Below, piece by piece: positions 37,210-48,174 of a DNA stretch of 64,000 nt. Position 1 is the stretch's first letter. Each line of letters starts with the position of its first letter. This DNA is from an uncultured Chloroflexia bacterium (GTDB taxonomy: Bacteria > Chloroflexota > Limnocylindria > Limnocylindrales > CSP1-4): contig CAVRGP010000015.1 in assembly GCA_963720755.1 (NCBI GenBank), positions 480,001 through 544,000 on the forward strand, given 5' to 3'. The translations under genes and the position numbers were made by a program. Below the pieces are notes generated by a model. The model did no database searches and was not told the DNA's origin. It saw only the letters and a list, made by a program, of their open reading frames with translations.

Positions 37210-39562
37210 ATGGATCCCCGGTCGATCGCGCTGCTCGAATTCCCGGACATCCAGGCGCGCCTGGCCGCCGCGACCTCGTTCGCTCCCTCCCGACGTATGG
37301 CGGGATCGCTGCTGCCGTCGAGTGATCCCGTGATCGTCGCACGAGGACTCGATGAGACCGACCAGACCCGGGCGCTCCTCGAGGAACGTCCAGGCGCCTC
37401 GATCGGCGCGGCCAGCGACATCGGTCCGGCCATCGATCGGGCGGAGAGGGGTGGGCGCCTGGATCCGCCACAGTTCCTGGAGATCGCCGCCACGCTGGAC
37501 GCGACGGCTCGGCTGGCGACGTTGCTGGCCGACGACCGGCGCCCGCTCATCCGTCAGGTCGGGTCCGACCTGCACGCGTTGCCGGCGCTCCGGTCCACGC
37601 TGGCACGCAGCTTCGATCCTGTGGGGGAGCTTCTCGATACCGCCTCACCGCGCCTCGGCGGGTTGCGATCGTCGGTCAGGGTCGCCTACGAACGGCTGCG
37701 CCGCCGGCTGGACGCCCTGATCGGCGCGGAGCTCGGGAGCGCCCTGCAGGAGCCGATCATCACCCTACGGAATGGACGCTACGTCGTGCCCGTGAAGGCC
37801 GAAGCCCGAGCAAGGGTGAAGGGTATCGTCCACGACGCATCGGGCAGCGGACAGACACTGTTCATCGAGCCGATGGTCGCGGTCGAACTCGGCAACGCCT
37901 GGCGCGAGGCGCAAGTCGCCGAGTCGGAGGAGATCGCCCGGATCCTGGATGCCCTGTCCGCGCTGGTCGCCGCGAACGCGGAAGCTCTGCGCGAGACGCT
38001 CGATGCTCTGGCCCGATTCGACCTGTGGGTGGCCAAGGCCACGTTGGCCGCCGAGATGGGCGCCACCCGTGTCGACACCACGGACCGGGCCGAAGTGATC
38101 CTCCTGTCGGCCCGGCATCCGGGACTGACCGGACGTGTCGTCCCGATCGATATCCGCATCGGTGATGGGTACACGGCGCTCATCGTCACGGGTCCCAACA
38201 CCGGCGGGAAGACCGTCACGCTGCGCACGCTCGGGCTGCTCAGTCTCATGCATCAGGCAGGTCTCCACATCCCCGCCGAACCCGGTAGCCGCCTGCCGAT
38301 CTGGCGCGACGTGTTCGCCGATATCGGCGATGAACAGTCGGTCGCGCAGTCCCTCTCGACCTTTTCGGGTCACCTGCGCTCGATCATCCGGATCGTCGAA
38401 ATGGCCGGACCCGGAACCCTGGTCCTCCTCGACGAGCTCGGCGCGGGGACGGATCCGACCGAAGGCTCGGCGCTGGCCCAGGCCCTTCTCGATCATTTCA
38501 TCCGTGCCGGAGCGCTCGTAGCGGCGACCACGCACTACGCCGAGTTGAAGGCGTATGCGCATACGACCGCCGGTGCCCGGAACGCGGCCGTCGAATTCGA
38601 CCTAGACACGCTCTCGCCGACCTATCGGCTCACGATCGGATTGCCCGGCGGCAGCCAGGCGTTCGCGATCGCGGAGCGTCTTGGCCTGCCGGAGGGTATC
38701 GTCGACGACGCTCGGTCGCGGTTGAGCGAATCACAGCGGTCGTTCGAGGCGACCCTGGCGGCGATCAAGGCGACCGAGGGCGAGACGGGGGCGACCCTGG
38801 ACCGGGCCCGTGCGGCCGAGATCCGGGCGACCGAGGCGCTGCGTGTCGCGGAGGACGAACGCCGACGAGCGCGGCGCGAACGCGAGGAGGCAGTAACGGC
38901 AGCCCGCTTCGAGGCCGAGCAGATCGTCGGTGCGCTTCGTGCCGAGGTCAGTTCGACGCGGGAGGCGCTTGAACGGCAGACCGTGACGGCCCCGGGGCTC
39001 GACGATGCCATCGCCCGCGCCGAAGAAACGCTCGAGCGATTGCCCCAGGGCGAACCTGCCCCAGTGGTCGAGCCCATCGTGGAACGGACCTGGCGATTGG
39101 GAGAACGCGCACGGAGCCGGTCCGCGGATTGGGATGGACGGATCGTGGCGCTGGAGCGAGGCGGGCGCCGGGCAACGCTCGAGGTCGGCGGACTTCGGGT
39201 GTCGGTCGATGTCGTCGATCTCGTTCCGGCCATCGGCGATGAATCGCCGGTCGATGACGATCGACGCGACACGAACGATGCGAGACAGCCCGACCGCGAT
39301 CCGGCGAGAGCGAGCGGCGTCCGTCGCTTCGTCGCTTGACCTGCGAGGTGCCCGAGTCGATGAGGCGCTCGATGCGCTGTCCCGCTATCTCGATGACGCT
39401 GGCCTGGCCGGGCTCGACAAGGTGCTGATCATCCACGGGATGGGGACCGGGGCGATCCGGGACGCCGTCCGCCGGTCAGCCGCGGACCATCCCCTGGTGA
39501 AGTCCCTCCGCCCCGGTCAACGAGGCGAGGGCGGGGACGGAGCGACGATCGTCGAGTTCTGA
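37210..39562 (+). CDS. mutS2: MutS2 endonuclease; apparent 1-nt frameshift before the Smr domain
   Basis: TGPNTGGKT, LSTFSGH, DELGAGTDP in the frame ending at 39339; LDLRG..IIHGMGTG..GEGGDGAT in the next frame to 39562. Confidence 0.9.
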
Positions 39563-39566
39563 GCCG

Positions 39567-42305
39567 TCAGGGCTTGGCGGACGCCTTCGGGCCATTGCCT
39601 GGCTTGGGCGTCGCGCCGGGCGCCGGCGTCGCACTCGGCGCCGGCACGCAGGTCGGGGTCGGCCCGACGGGCAGCGACGGTGTCGGGGTCGGCAGCGCCG
39701 ATGGGTCGCAGTACACCGGTGGCGGGGCGAGGGGACAGGTCTTGCTGGGCATGAACCTGGCACCCCACGTCCGTCCGAACGGGTAGAACCCCGACCCGTA
39801 GAAGTAGGAGGTCCGGGAACCCTTGAGGCCACCCCCGACGCCCGATCCTCGCGCGGCGCGGGCGCCCCAGGCCATGTCGGCTTTCTGCCAGGACGGGAAG
39901 TTCGCCTCCACCGAGGAGAGATCGAAGAAGCCGCGGGTCACCTTCGGCCCGACACAACCGTCCTGCCAGAGCAGACCGCTCGCGGCGTCGATCGCGGCGG
40001 CCACCCGGTAGGTCTCCTTCTGCTTGGGGACCGTGCCGGGCAGGAACAGCTCCTTGATCGTCCGCGTGGTGAAGGGACCGGGCTTCAGGCCGGTGTAGGC
40101 GTCCACCGTGGCGGTGACGAGGCCCTTCGGCGGGCTGAACGAGGCGATCTTCGTGCCCTTGGTGACATCCCCGAGGATCGCCGACCAGAGCGGTGCGGAT
40201 GTGTCGAGCGACAGCTTCCCGGAGTTGGGGCTGTTGTCACTGTTGCCCATCCAGACGCCGACCGCCAACGCCGGTGCCTTCGGGTCGTTGGGCGGGGCGA
40301 CGAAGCCGAACGCGGCCACGTCCACGTTGTCCTGCGTCGTGCCGGTCTTGTACGCCGCCGGGCGTCGGACACCGTGGTCGTAGATGGCCCACTTGCCCCA
40401 GAACGGGTTGACCGACTTCTCGGTATTGCCGGAAAGGATGTCGGTGACGATGTAGGCGGCGCCCGGATCGACGACCTGCTTGCCTTCAGCCAGATCGCCC
40501 GCCTTCGGCCAATAGACCTGGCCCTTGCTGTCGTAGATCGTCTTGATCATCCGCCGGGGCATCAGCTTGCCTTCATTGGCCATCATGCTGTACGCACCCA
40601 GCAGATCGATGTAATGGACATCGAGCGTTCCGATGCCCTCTGACACGACCGCACTGGTGCCCGGAAAGTACTGCAGGCCGAAGTCCTTGGTCCGTTCGAC
40701 GACATGGTCGAGGCCGGTCATGATCGTGGCCTTGATGGCCGGGATGTTCAGCGAGAACTGGAGCGCCTCGCGGATCCTGACCGGACCGCGCTCGACATGG
40801 TCGGCCTGGGTCGGGATGTATCCGCCGCCGAAATTCGTGGTGACATCCATGATCATGGTCGCTGCGGTCAACGTCTTGTCATCGATGCCGACGAGGTAGT
40901 TGATCGGTTTGATCGATGAACCCGGCTGTCGCCATCCATCCGAGAGCACGTCCCACTGTGGCTGGAACTTCTTGTTCCCTTTCGAGGTGTAGCTGGCCGA
41001 GCCCATGTAGGCCATGATCTCGCCGGTCCGATAATCCTGGACCGCCGCGGCGGCGTTGTTGACGTTCTGGCCGCGCAGACTCAGGATCCACGACCGATCG
41101 GCCTTCGGGATCTTGCGGCTGTTCAGGATGGCTGTCGGGTTCTTGGCGTTGGTCGCCCGAGCCGCGACGTAGACCCACTTCTCGACGTCCTTCTGCATCG
41201 ACCAGTCAAGTGTCGTGATGACCCTGTAGCCGCCGGTGTCGACTTCGGGGCAGTCGCTTGGGGTGTCGGGGCAGAACATCTCGCCGAGCTGCTGGCGGAC
41301 CTGCCAGTCGAACTGCGGGGCCCTCCAGGCCGTCGAGAACTGGCGGACCAACTCGACCGGCTCGCTCTTGGCGGCCTCGTATTCCGCGGTCGTGTGCTTG
41401 GACCCGCTCAGCGGACTGCGCGTCTCCATCAGCTCAAGGACCTTGTTACGGCGCTGGACGATCTCGGAATCCTGGGGCACGACCAACTTGAAGTCCGGAC
41501 ATTCCTGACCTTCGGTGACGTTGTCCAGGCACACCTCCGTGGCGTTGCGGACGAGGTCATAGCTGGTGGGGGACTGCGGGATCGCCGCCAGGATCGCGTC
41601 CTGGGCGAGCGTCAGCTGATCGAGGGACTTGCCGAAGTAGGTCCGGGCGGCGGCTTTCACCCCGTAGCTCTGGTTGCCGTAGAAGTTCTGGTTGAGGTAG
41701 GCCGTGATGATCTGCTGCTTTCCGGCCTCGCCGGGGGGCAGTTCCTGGGTCAGACGGATCGACTGGATGATCTCGCGGATCTTGCGCTCGTAGGTGGTGC
41801 CCTCGAACGCAGACGCTGGCAGGAGACGGGCCCGGACGAGCTGCTGGGTGATCGTCGACGCGCCGCGCGGCTTGCCGGTCAGGGTGTCGATCCCGGCCGA
41901 CACGATACCGATCGGATCGAATCCCGGATTGATCCAGAAGTCCTTGTCTTCGACCGCTGTCGTGGCATCGATGATCTCTGGAGGCAGTTGGTCAAACGTG
42001 ACCAGCTCTCGCTTGAGCTCACCGAGGCGGGCCAACTCCGTCGTCCCGGTTCGGTCGTAGAGCACCGTCTGCTGCTCGAAATCGATGTTCGTCAGGGCGG
42101 TGACGGGGTCGGGGAGTCCCTGCGCGTAGTAGTTGTAGGCACCGACGCCCACCACGACCCCAGCGGCAGCGACGATGCCGCCGGTGGCGATCAGGGCGAT
42201 CAGGACGATGAGGGCGATCCGTCCGGCGATCGTCCCAGCTCGTCCCGGGGGTCGACGCTGAAGCGCTCTTCGGTGGCGCTGGCGCCGCGCGAGACTAGTC
42301 TGCAT
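39567..42305 (-). CDS. Class A penicillin-binding protein (transglycosylase/transpeptidase)
   Basis: EDKDF, GASTITQQL, RKIRE, YLN, SSIK (SxxK), SLN, KTGT. Confidence 0.93.
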   Translation of the reverse strand: MQTSLARRQRHRRALQRRPPGRAGTIAGRIALIVLIALIATGGIVAAAGVVVGVGAYNYYAQGLPDPVTALTNIDFEQQTVLYDRTGTTELARLGELKRELVTFDQLPPEIIDATTAVEDKDFWINPGFDPIGIVSAGIDTLTGKPRGASTITQQLVRARLLPASAFEGTTYERKIREIIQSIRLTQELPPGEAGKQQIITAYLNQNFYGNQSYGVKAAARTYFGKSLDQLTLAQDAILAAIPQSPTSYDLVRNATEVCLDNVTEGQECPDFKLVVPQDSEIVQRRNKVLELMETRSPLSGSKHTTAEYEAAKSEPVELVRQFSTAWRAPQFDWQVRQQLGEMFCPDTPSDCPEVDTGGYRVITTLDWSMQKDVEKWVYVAARATNAKNPTAILNSRKIPKADRSWILSLRGQNVNNAAAAVQDYRTGEIMAYMGSASYTSKGNKKFQPQWDVLSDGWRQPGSSIKPINYLVGIDDKTLTAATMIMDVTTNFGGGYIPTQADHVERGPVRIREALQFSLNIPAIKATIMTGLDHVVERTKDFGLQYFPGTSAVVSEGIGTLDVHYIDLLGAYSMMANEGKLMPRRMIKTIYDSKGQVYWPKAGDLAEGKQVVDPGAAYIVTDILSGNTEKSVNPFWGKWAIYDHGVRRPAAYKTGTTQDNVDVAAFGFVAPPNDPKAPALAVGVWMGNSDNSPNSGKLSLDTSAPLWSAILGDVTKGTKIASFSPPKGLVTATVDAYTGLKPGPFTTRTIKELFLPGTVPKQKETYRVAAAIDAASGLLWQDGCVGPKVTRGFFDLSSVEANFPSWQKADMAWGARAARGSGVGGGLKGSRTSYFYGSGFYPFGRTWGARFMPSKTCPLAPPPVYCDPSALPTPTPSLPVGPTPTCVPAPSATPAPGATPKPGNGPKASAKP

Positions 42306-42388
42306 CTGAGGCCGCACGATAGCATAGGAGGCGTAATTCAACGGTCGGCGCCTGGCGCCATCTTCGAGACGACCCGACGGTCCGACCT

Positions 42389-43702
42389 GTGACGAGCCCT
42401 GCGAGACCGGCCGGATCGGATCCGGCTGGCGGCCTGCTCGCCGAACTCGAGTGGCGTGGCATCCTGCATGCGACCACGCCGGGGCTGCCCGCCCGGCTTG
42501 CGCGCGATCCGAATATCCGCGGGTACATCGGGTTCGACCCCACTGCGGACTCGCTCCACGTCGGCCACCTCGTGCCGATCTTCGGATTGCTGCGTCTCCA
42601 ACGCTTCGGCGGCCGGCCGGTCGCGGTCGTTGGCGGTGGAACGGGGATGATCGGCGACCCGTCGGGTCGATCGTCGGAACGGAACCTGCTGGACAAGGCG
42701 ACGCTGGATCGGAATGTCGCGGCGATCGGGGCGCAGCTGGAGCGCTTCCTGGACTTTGGTCCGGGCCCTCATGGCGCCGTCATGGTCGACAACATGGACT
42801 GGTTGGGCGAGCTATCCCTCATCGAATTCCTGCGGGACACTGGGAAGCACTTCACCGTGCCGTACATGCTCGACAAGGAGTCCGTGAAGGTGCGTCTCGC
42901 GCGCGGCCTGTCGTTCACCGAGTTCAGCTACATGACCTTGCAGGCCTACGACTTCGCACATCTGCATCGGACGATTGGCGTCGAACTCCAGATGGGCGGT
43001 GCGGATCAGTGGGGCAACATCACGGCCGGGTTGGAGCTGATTCGACGCACGTCCGGCGATGTGGCGGCCGACGCCCCGGACGCCGCCCATGGACTTGCCT
43101 ACAAGCTGCTGCTCTCGCCGTCGGGCACGAAATTCGGCAAGAGCGAGGCCGGCGAGTCCATCTGGCTGGATCCGGCTCGGACGTCGCCGTCCGCCTTCTA
43201 TCAGTACTGGTTGAACCAGGATGACCGCGACGTCGGGACCTACCTTCGCTGGTTCACGGAGCTCCCGCAGGCGGAGATCGATGCCCTTGAGATCCGGATG
43301 TCGGCCGAACCAGAGGCGAGGCCGGCGCAACGTGCCCTGGCTCGAGACATCACCGCCCGGACCCACGGCGACGATGCCGCTCGGAGAGCGGCAGACGATG
43401 CCGCCGCCAGGTTCTCGCCCGGTGCGATCGATGACCCAGCGGTCCTGGCGTCGTTGTTCGAGTCCTCCGGCGGATTCGGATTCGAGCCGGGCTGGCTGGC
43501 AGCGGGCGTCGCCGTCCTGCTCGCCGAAGCTGGTGTCCTCGGATCACGGGGTGAGGTCCGTCGGTTGATCTCGAGTGGGGGCCTGACGGTGAATGGCGTG
43601 CGGGTCACCGACCCGGCGTTCATCCCGGAGCCGGTCGGCGGGATCTGGCTCGATGTGAAGATCGGCAAGCGGCGGCGGGAGATCGGTCGACGCCGGGGCT
43701 AG
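42389..43702 (+). CDS. tyrS: Tyrosyl-tRNA synthetase
   Basis: GFDPTADSLHVGH, QMGGADQWGNI, KFGKS, C-terminal S4-like domain. Confidence 0.97.
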   Translation: MTSPARPAGSDPAGGLLAELEWRGILHATTPGLPARLARDPNIRGYIGFDPTADSLHVGHLVPIFGLLRLQRFGGRPVAVVGGGTGMIGDPSGRSSERNLLDKATLDRNVAAIGAQLERFLDFGPGPHGAVMVDNMDWLGELSLIEFLRDTGKHFTVPYMLDKESVKVRLARGLSFTEFSYMTLQAYDFAHLHRTIGVELQMGGADQWGNITAGLELIRRTSGDVAADAPDAAHGLAYKLLLSPSGTKFGKSEAGESIWLDPARTSPSAFYQYWLNQDDRDVGTYLRWFTELPQAEIDALEIRMSAEPEARPAQRALARDITARTHGDDAARRAADDAAARFSPGAIDDPAVLASLFESSGGFGFEPGWLAAGVAVLLAEAGVLGSRGEVRRLISSGGLTVNGVRVTDPAFIPEPVGGIWLDVKIGKRRREIGRRRG

Positions 43703-44865
43703 GATCCGGCCGACGACGGATCGACGAGGACGCTGAGTTCCTGCGCCGCGACGATGAGGCGGTCGTCTTCGTCGGGGTCGCGGATCGTCAGTCGAAGGTG
43801 GTCCGCCAGCGGATGACCCGACCCGAATGTGCGAGGCACCAGCCCACGTGAAAGCAGACCCTCTGCGATCCTCGCCGCCAGATCGGTCGTCCCGAACCCG
43901 ACCAGTAGAAAATTCGTGACGGACGGGCCGACCGACCAGCCCACGGAACGCAAGCCGTCGGTAAGCCGGATCCGTTCCCGTTCCACGCGAGCGAGGTTCG
44001 CAGTCAGCATCCCGGGATCGCTGAGCGCTTCGGTCACGAGGGTGACGGACACGGTCGAAACCGACCCCGGCGGTCGATACGGTGCGAGGCGCGCGATCAG
44101 GCTCGTGCGCGCGATCCCGAAGCCGACCCGGAGGCCGGCCAGGGCATAGGCCTTGCTGGCCGTGCGAACCGTGATCAGGTCCGGATAGTCGGCACGGAGA
44201 CCGACCAAAGACGCGCCGACGAATTCGGCATAGGCCTCGTCAAGGACCACGACCGGCATCGACCGCCGGTCCGCCGCAGCATCCTGGGTGAGGCCCGTCA
44301 ATAACTCGGCGATCGCACCGTCCGGTTCCGCGACGGCCGTCGGGTTGTTCGGGCTGCACAGCCAGACGACTTCCGCCCGCGTCTCGCGAGTCGCCGCTCG
44401 GATCGCGCCCGCATCGAGCGCGTATCCGGCCGATGCCGACAGACGCGGGACTGGGATTGCGGTCGCGCCACGCTGCTCGGTCAAGACGCGATACATGGCA
44501 TAGGTCGGGACCGGGACGATGGCGTGGCCGCCTTGCGGAAGACACGCCTTGGCCACGATGTCGAGGATCTCGTCTGCCCCTGCGCCGACGATGATCTCAG
44601 CAGGGTCGACCTCGTAGCGGGCCGCCGCGGCCTCCACCAGACGGCGGTAATCGGTCGGCGGGTATTCGGAGAGAGGCGCCTCGAATCGCCCCCTTGCGAG
44701 CAATTCGCCGATCCGTCCCGGTGGGGCAGGGGAGGTGTTGAGGTCGAACCGCACGATCGTCGCGGGATCCAGGCCGTAGCGGCTCGCGACCTGCTCGTCG
44801 GTCGCCTCCCAGCTGTACGCGGCCGGGGCGTTCGGCGACGTATAGGTGACCGGCGTGGGACTCAT
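43699..44865 (-). CDS. hisC: Histidinol-phosphate aminotransferase
   Basis: GADEIL, CSPNNPT, DEAY, RTASKAYALAGLRVG, TNFLL. Confidence 0.88.
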   Translation of the reverse strand: MSPTPVTYTSPNAPAAYSWEATDEQVASRYGLDPATIVRFDLNTSPAPPGRIGELLARGRFEAPLSEYPPTDYRRLVEAAAARYEVDPAEIIVGAGADEILDIVAKACLPQGGHAIVPVPTYAMYRVLTEQRGATAIPVPRLSASAGYALDAGAIRAATRETRAEVVWLCSPNNPTAVAEPDGAIAELLTGLTQDAAADRRSMPVVVLDEAYAEFVGASLVGLRADYPDLITVRTASKAYALAGLRVGFGIARTSLIARLAPYRPPGSVSTVSVTLVTEALSDPGMLTANLARVERERIRLTDGLRSVGWSVGPSVTNFLLVGFGTTDLAARIAEGLLSRGLVPRTFGSGHPLADHLRLTIRDPDEDDRLIVAAQELSVLVDPSSAGS

Positions 44866-44878
44866 CCCGGTCGATCCA

Positions 44879-45160
44879 TCAGGGCTTGTCCAGCATCGCT
44901 CGATAACCACCCTGCCCGTGGTGCAGCCACGAGGCGATGCGGGTGATGGTGGCCGTGCTGGCGCCGGTCTTCTGCGAGATCGCCGCGTAGTGCAGTCCGG
45001 CGTCGAGGAGCCGGACGACCGCCCAACGCTGGGCCATGTCGCGCAGCTCATTGAGCGTGCACAGGTCGCGGAAGAACCGGTCGGCTTCCTCGTTCGTCTC
45101 GAGCCGCAGGATGGTGTCGAAGAGGGCCTCGACGTCGGGGGTCTTCCAGTCGTCGGTCAT
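44879..45160 (-). CDS. TrpR-like YerC/YecD repressor (HisR candidate)
   Basis: FFRDLCTLNEL..QRW..TGASTATITR..GGY motif. Confidence 0.92.
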   Translation of the reverse strand: MTDDWKTPDVEALFDTILRLETNEEADRFFRDLCTLNELRDMAQRWAVVRLLDAGLHYAAISQKTGASTATITRIASWLHHGQGGYRAMLDKP

Positions 45161-45187
45161 CGTGGGACGCCTCGCTTGGTCAGGTCC

Positions 45188-45209
45188 GTATCACTGTGCT
45201 ACTACGGTA
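45188..45209 (-). promoter_or_regulatory. Candidate TrpR-like operator overlapping the promoter of the trpR-like/hisC unit
   Basis: Near-palindrome GTATCAC-T-GTGCTAC at 45188-45202, next to extended -10 TGgTACCGT (45204-45209, minus strand). Confidence 0.55.
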
Positions 45210-45230
45210 CCACGCCACACGGCCGGTCGG

Positions 45231-47327
45231 TCAGTGTCCGCCGACGTGGCCGCCCGCCGCCTCGATCTCCTTGCGGTGGGTGTCGATGACGCGCTCCGCG
45301 ATATGCGACGGGACATCCTCGTAGTGATCGAGCACGGCGGTGAACGACCCCCGACCCTGGGCCAGCGATCGCAGTTCAGTCGCGTAGCTGAACAACTCTG
45401 CCTGCGGCACCTGCGCGACGATCACCTGTGCGCCATCGTCCAATTCCATGCCCAGGACACGACCGCGTCGTCCGTTGAGGTCGCGGTTGACCTCGCCGAG
45501 GTAGGCCTCGGGGATCCGGATCCTGACCGACATGATCGGCTCCAGGAGCGCCGGCTTGGCTTGCTGGACACCGTCCTTCAGGGCCATCGAGGCGGCGATC
45601 TTGAATGACAGTTCGTTCGAGTCGACCGGGTGGAACGAGCCGTCGTAGAGCGTCGCCCGGAAATCCGACAGTGGGTAGCCGGCGATGACGCCCCCTTCGG
45701 CGGCTTCACGGATACCCTTCTCGACGCCGGCGAAGAAGCCACGAGGCACGGCCCCGCCGACGACTCGTTCGGCGAACTCGACCCCGCCGTCGGGGTTCGG
45801 CTCGAGCTCCAGCCAGACGTCGCCGAACATCCCATGGCCGCCCGTCTGCTTCTTGTATCGGCCATGGACCTGCGTCTTCCCGCGGATCGTCTCCTTGTAC
45901 GGCACGCGCGGCGTGTGGGTGACGATGGCGGCACCGAACTTGCGCTTGAGCCGCTCGATGATGACCGCGGTGTGTGCTTCGCCCATCGTTCGGAGGACCT
46001 GCTCGCCGGTCTCGGTCCGCTCCAATCGGACGGTCGGCTCTTCCTCGAGCATCCGGGCGAGTGCCGGACCCATCTTGTCCAGGTCACCCTTGCTCTGCGG
46101 TTCGATGGCGACGAGAAGCGAAGGCTCAGGAAAGACGAGCGGCGGCAGGACGAAGGGATGGTCGCGCCCCGACAATGTATCGCCCGTCTCGGTCACCGAC
46201 AGCTTGGCCACCGCGCCGATCTCGCCGGCCTTGAGTTCGCCGATCGGTTCCTGCTCCTTGCCGTGCAGGAGGAGAAGCTGCCCGATCCGCTCATCCTCTT
46301 CGCGGCCGGCATTCCAGACATGCGCCTGCGAATGGAGCGTTCCCGACAGGACGCGGAGGTAGGTCAAGCGGCCCACGAACGGGTCGGCGGTCGTCTTGAA
46401 TACGCGGACGAGCAGGGGCCCCGCCTCGTCGGCCTCGACCTCGACCGTCGCCCCCGACTTGCCGACGGGCTGGCTGGCGGGTTCATCGGCCGGCGATGGA
46501 AGGTATCGGACGATGGCGTCGAGCAGACCGCGAAGGCCGATCCCCCGGAGCGCGCTGCCGACGAGGACCGGCGCCAGGACCGACTCCTTGACCCCCTTGC
46601 GAAGGCACGCCTCAAGTTCGGGATCCGAGATCGGTTCGCCCTCGAGGTACTTGGTCAGGACGTCGTCGTCCGCTTCAGCCGCGGCCTCGAGCAGCTGGTC
46701 GCGTCGCCGTCCGACCTCAGCCACAAGATCGTCCGGGACGGGGATCTCGACCTCGACACTCCCGTCGAGACGCCACGCCCGCCCGTGGACCAGATCGACA
46801 TAGCCTTCGAACGTATCGGCGGCCCCGATGGCCAACTGGAGTGGCGCAACCTTGTTGCCGAACGCGGCGCGGAGCGCATCGAGGGCCGCGGTCGGGTCGG
46901 CGTTCTCCCGGTCACACTTGTTGATGAAGAAGCAGGCCGCGGTCGTGGTCGCGCGGGCGTGGGCCACGGCCTCCTCCAGGCCCGCCTCGATCCCGCCCGA
47001 TGCGTCCATCACGAAGAACGCGCCGTCTGCTGCGGCGAAGCCCTCGAGCACGTCGGCCACGAAATCGGGATACCCGGGTGTGTCCAGGAGCGAGATCCTC
47101 GTGCCGTCGGCCTCGAAGGTCCCGACCGCCAGGCTGAGCGACTCCCGGCGCTTCTGCTCCTCGGGCTCGAAGTCGAGGTGGGCGGTCCCGTCATCGACCC
47201 GGCCCAGACGTGAGATGGCGCCGGACCGGTGCAGGAGCTGCTCAGCCAGGCTCGTTTTGCCGGCGCCCGCGTGGCCCGCGAGGACCACGGTCCGGAGATG
47301 GGGGAGGTCGACACTCTTCATCGTCAT
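45231..47327 (-). CDS. Elongation factor G paralog (EF-G2-like)
   Basis: GHAGAGKT, DTPG, NKCD, KKQTGGHG, DGSFHPVDS; switch I reads RRESL instead of RGITI; not in the str operon. Confidence 0.9.
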   Translation of the reverse strand: MTMKSVDLPHLRTVVLAGHAGAGKTSLAEQLLHRSGAISRLGRVDDGTAHLDFEPEEQKRRESLSLAVGTFEADGTRISLLDTPGYPDFVADVLEGFAAADGAFFVMDASGGIEAGLEEAVAHARATTTAACFFINKCDRENADPTAALDALRAAFGNKVAPLQLAIGAADTFEGYVDLVHGRAWRLDGSVEVEIPVPDDLVAEVGRRRDQLLEAAAEADDDVLTKYLEGEPISDPELEACLRKGVKESVLAPVLVGSALRGIGLRGLLDAIVRYLPSPADEPASQPVGKSGATVEVEADEAGPLLVRVFKTTADPFVGRLTYLRVLSGTLHSQAHVWNAGREEDERIGQLLLLHGKEQEPIGELKAGEIGAVAKLSVTETGDTLSGRDHPFVLPPLVFPEPSLLVAIEPQSKGDLDKMGPALARMLEEEPTVRLERTETGEQVLRTMGEAHTAVIIERLKRKFGAAIVTHTPRVPYKETIRGKTQVHGRYKKQTGGHGMFGDVWLELEPNPDGGVEFAERVVGGAVPRGFFAGVEKGIREAAEGGVIAGYPLSDFRATLYDGSFHPVDSNELSFKIAASMALKDGVQQAKPALLEPIMSVRIRIPEAYLGEVNRDLNGRRGRVLGMELDDGAQVIVAQVPQAELFSYATELRSLAQGRGSFTAVLDHYEDVPSHIAERVIDTHRKEIEAAGGHVGGH

Positions 47328-47421
47328 CGGCTTCGTCGATCCTTCGTTTGCAGCAGGGGAGGGACGTCCGCGGGAGGTTCGTGGGGTTGGCTCATGATAG
47401 TCCGCTATACTCCGGCCCGCG

Positions 47422-48174
47422 ATGTCAGGACATAGCAAGTGGTCCACGATCAAGCGCGCCAAGGGCATCACCGACGCCAGGCGTGGTGCGCTCTTCACCA
47501 AGGTCGCCCGTGAGATCAGCGTGGCCGCCCGCCAGGGTGGCGGCGACCCGGACGCGAATTATCGGCTTCGGCTGGCCATCGACAAGGCCCGTTCCGTCAA
47601 CATGCCGGCCGACAACATCAAGCGAACGATCGACAAGGCGACCGGCGGCGGCGACGCCGAAGCCTACGAGGAGATCGTCTACGAGGGATACGGCCCGGGT
47701 GGCGTGGCCGTCCTGGTCGAGGCCCAGACCGACAATCGCAATCGCACCGCGGCCGAGGTCCGCTCGATGTTCGCCAAGAGTGGTGGTCAGCTGGCGGGTT
47801 CCGGCGCGGTTGCCTGGCAATTCGAGCCGCGCGGCTGGATCAGCGTCCCTCGGGACGGCAACGACGCCGACGAGATCGCACTCACCGCGATCGACGCAGG
47901 AGCGGAAGACGTCGACACCGATGGTGACGAAACGATCGACATCTACACCTCCCCGGCCGATCTCGAAGAGATCCGCAAGCGCCTCGAAGCCGCCGGGATC
48001 CAGGTCGACACCGCCGAATCGGCGATGATCGCCAAGCAGACCGTCGAGCTTGATTCGTCGAAGGCTCGCCAGGCATTGCGGCTTGTCGAGCTGCTCGAGG
48101 ATCTCGACGACGTCCAGCGGGTGACGGCGAACTTCGACATCCCCGAGGATGTCTTTGCCGAGGTCGCTGGGTGA
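47422..48174 (+). CDS. yebC: YebC/PmpR family protein
   Basis: MSGHSKWSTIK, YEGYGPGG, TDNRNRT. Confidence 0.96.
   Translation: MSGHSKWSTIKRAKGITDARRGALFTKVAREISVAARQGGGDPDANYRLRLAIDKARSVNMPADNIKRTIDKATGGGDAEAYEEIVYEGYGPGGVAVLVEAQTDNRNRTAAEVRSMFAKSGGQLAGSGAVAWQFEPRGWISVPRDGNDADEIALTAIDAGAEDVDTDGDETIDIYTSPADLEEIRKRLEAAGIQVDTAESAMIAKQTVELDSSKARQALRLVELLEDLDDVQRVTANFDIPEDVFAEVAG

Noticed and set aside
45231-47327. EF-G paralog as a tetracycline ribosomal protection protein or novel factor
   Set aside because: Matches the known EF-G2-like group with a divergent switch I; no TetM/TetO-specific evidence.
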